From the IMG/VR virus record IMGVR_UViG_3300017971_000287: DNA of 64,000 bases. The stretch is one strand, 5' to 3'. The position numbers were made by a program, and so were the translations under genes. Shown here piece by piece: positions 63,651 to 64,000 of this stretch. Numbering within the stretch: the first letter of the stretch is position 1; each line of letters begins with the position of its first letter. The notes beneath the pieces were generated by a model that saw only the letters and a list, made by a program, of their open reading frames with translations, was not told the origin of the DNA and made no database searches. The DNA comes from a virus.

Positions 63651-63890
63651 ATGCGGAATGTGTTAGTGGTTACAGCGATTGGACTAATGGCTGCGTCTGA
63701 AGCAGTGCCCTTAGACTTCCTTGATCCTACCAGCAAAATGTTTGTTGTTTCCGTGCTGGCTTTTTTGGTTATTTGGTTAGTGACTAGGTCATTACCTGCT
63801 AAGGATGCACTGTTTACGGATGCACTAGACAAACTAACTAGTGCTATCAACGATCTGCGTGAACACTGTGCGGCGGCGCGGGAGGAATAG
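63651..63890 (+). CDS. Holin-like small membrane protein
   Basis: 79 aa, two hydrophobic segments, charged C-terminus, after the peptidase. Confidence 0.55.
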   Translation: MRNVLVVTAIGLMAASEAVPLDFLDPTSKMFVVSVLAFLVIWLVTRSLPAKDALFTDALDKLTSAINDLREHCAAAREE

Positions 63891-63908
63891 GAAACAAGGA
63901 GCCTGAAT

Positions 63909-64000
63909 ATGGCAACATACAACGAACTCTACACCCTGACGGCCGATTCTGCACTTAGAAACCGCGTGCGGGTCGCGGTCATCGTGGCCGCGCAAACGAT
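63909..64000 (+). CDS. Partial ORF running off the window
   Basis: GGAG SD, MATYNELYTLTADSALRNRVRVAVIVAAQT, no stop before the edge. Confidence 0.6.
   Translation, partial: MATYNELYTLTADSALRNRVRVAVIVAAQT

Overview
This window is most of a tailed dsDNA phage genome (siphovirus-like, apparently lytic; no integrase or repressor recognised), opened inside the late operon. Head and lysis genes lie at the right end (51.4-64 kb) and neck/tail genes at the left end (0-8.8 kb). The host is inferred, not shown, to be a PVC-type bacterium such as a planctomycete (PEP-CTERM protein, Cys-rich tail proteins, protease in the lysis slot). Layout: tail module; a 14-gene glycan-building cluster at the end of the virion operon (8.8-20.0 kb); a leftward early region (SF1 helicase, PEP-CTERM protein, MoxR-like AAA+/vWA pair, acidic Zn protein) whose 5' leader carries a complete type III hammerhead ribozyme next to an unassigned structured RNA; a ParB-like gene and a symmetric divergent control region; replication/recombination genes (RuvC, family-4 UDG, PD-(D/E)XK nuclease, AAA_24 NTPase, SSB, HNH, PolA, primase-helicase); a thymidine-hypermodification locus (dUMP hydroxymethylase-like ThyA homolog, aGPT-Pplase1-type protein, two TET-associated-type glycosyltransferases, PIG-L deacetylase, two radical SAM/SPASM enzymes, sulfotransferase-like and beta-propeller hydrolase-like proteins); terminase, portal, MuF-ADP-ribosyltransferase fusion, capsid, and a papain-like peptidase lysis cassette. 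Best candidates for new biology: the aminoglycoside-pathway-like DNA sugar hypermodification system, the large virion-glycan cluster, the hammerhead-processed early leader and the phage PEP-CTERM protein. All family calls come from reading motifs by eye; no database search was run.
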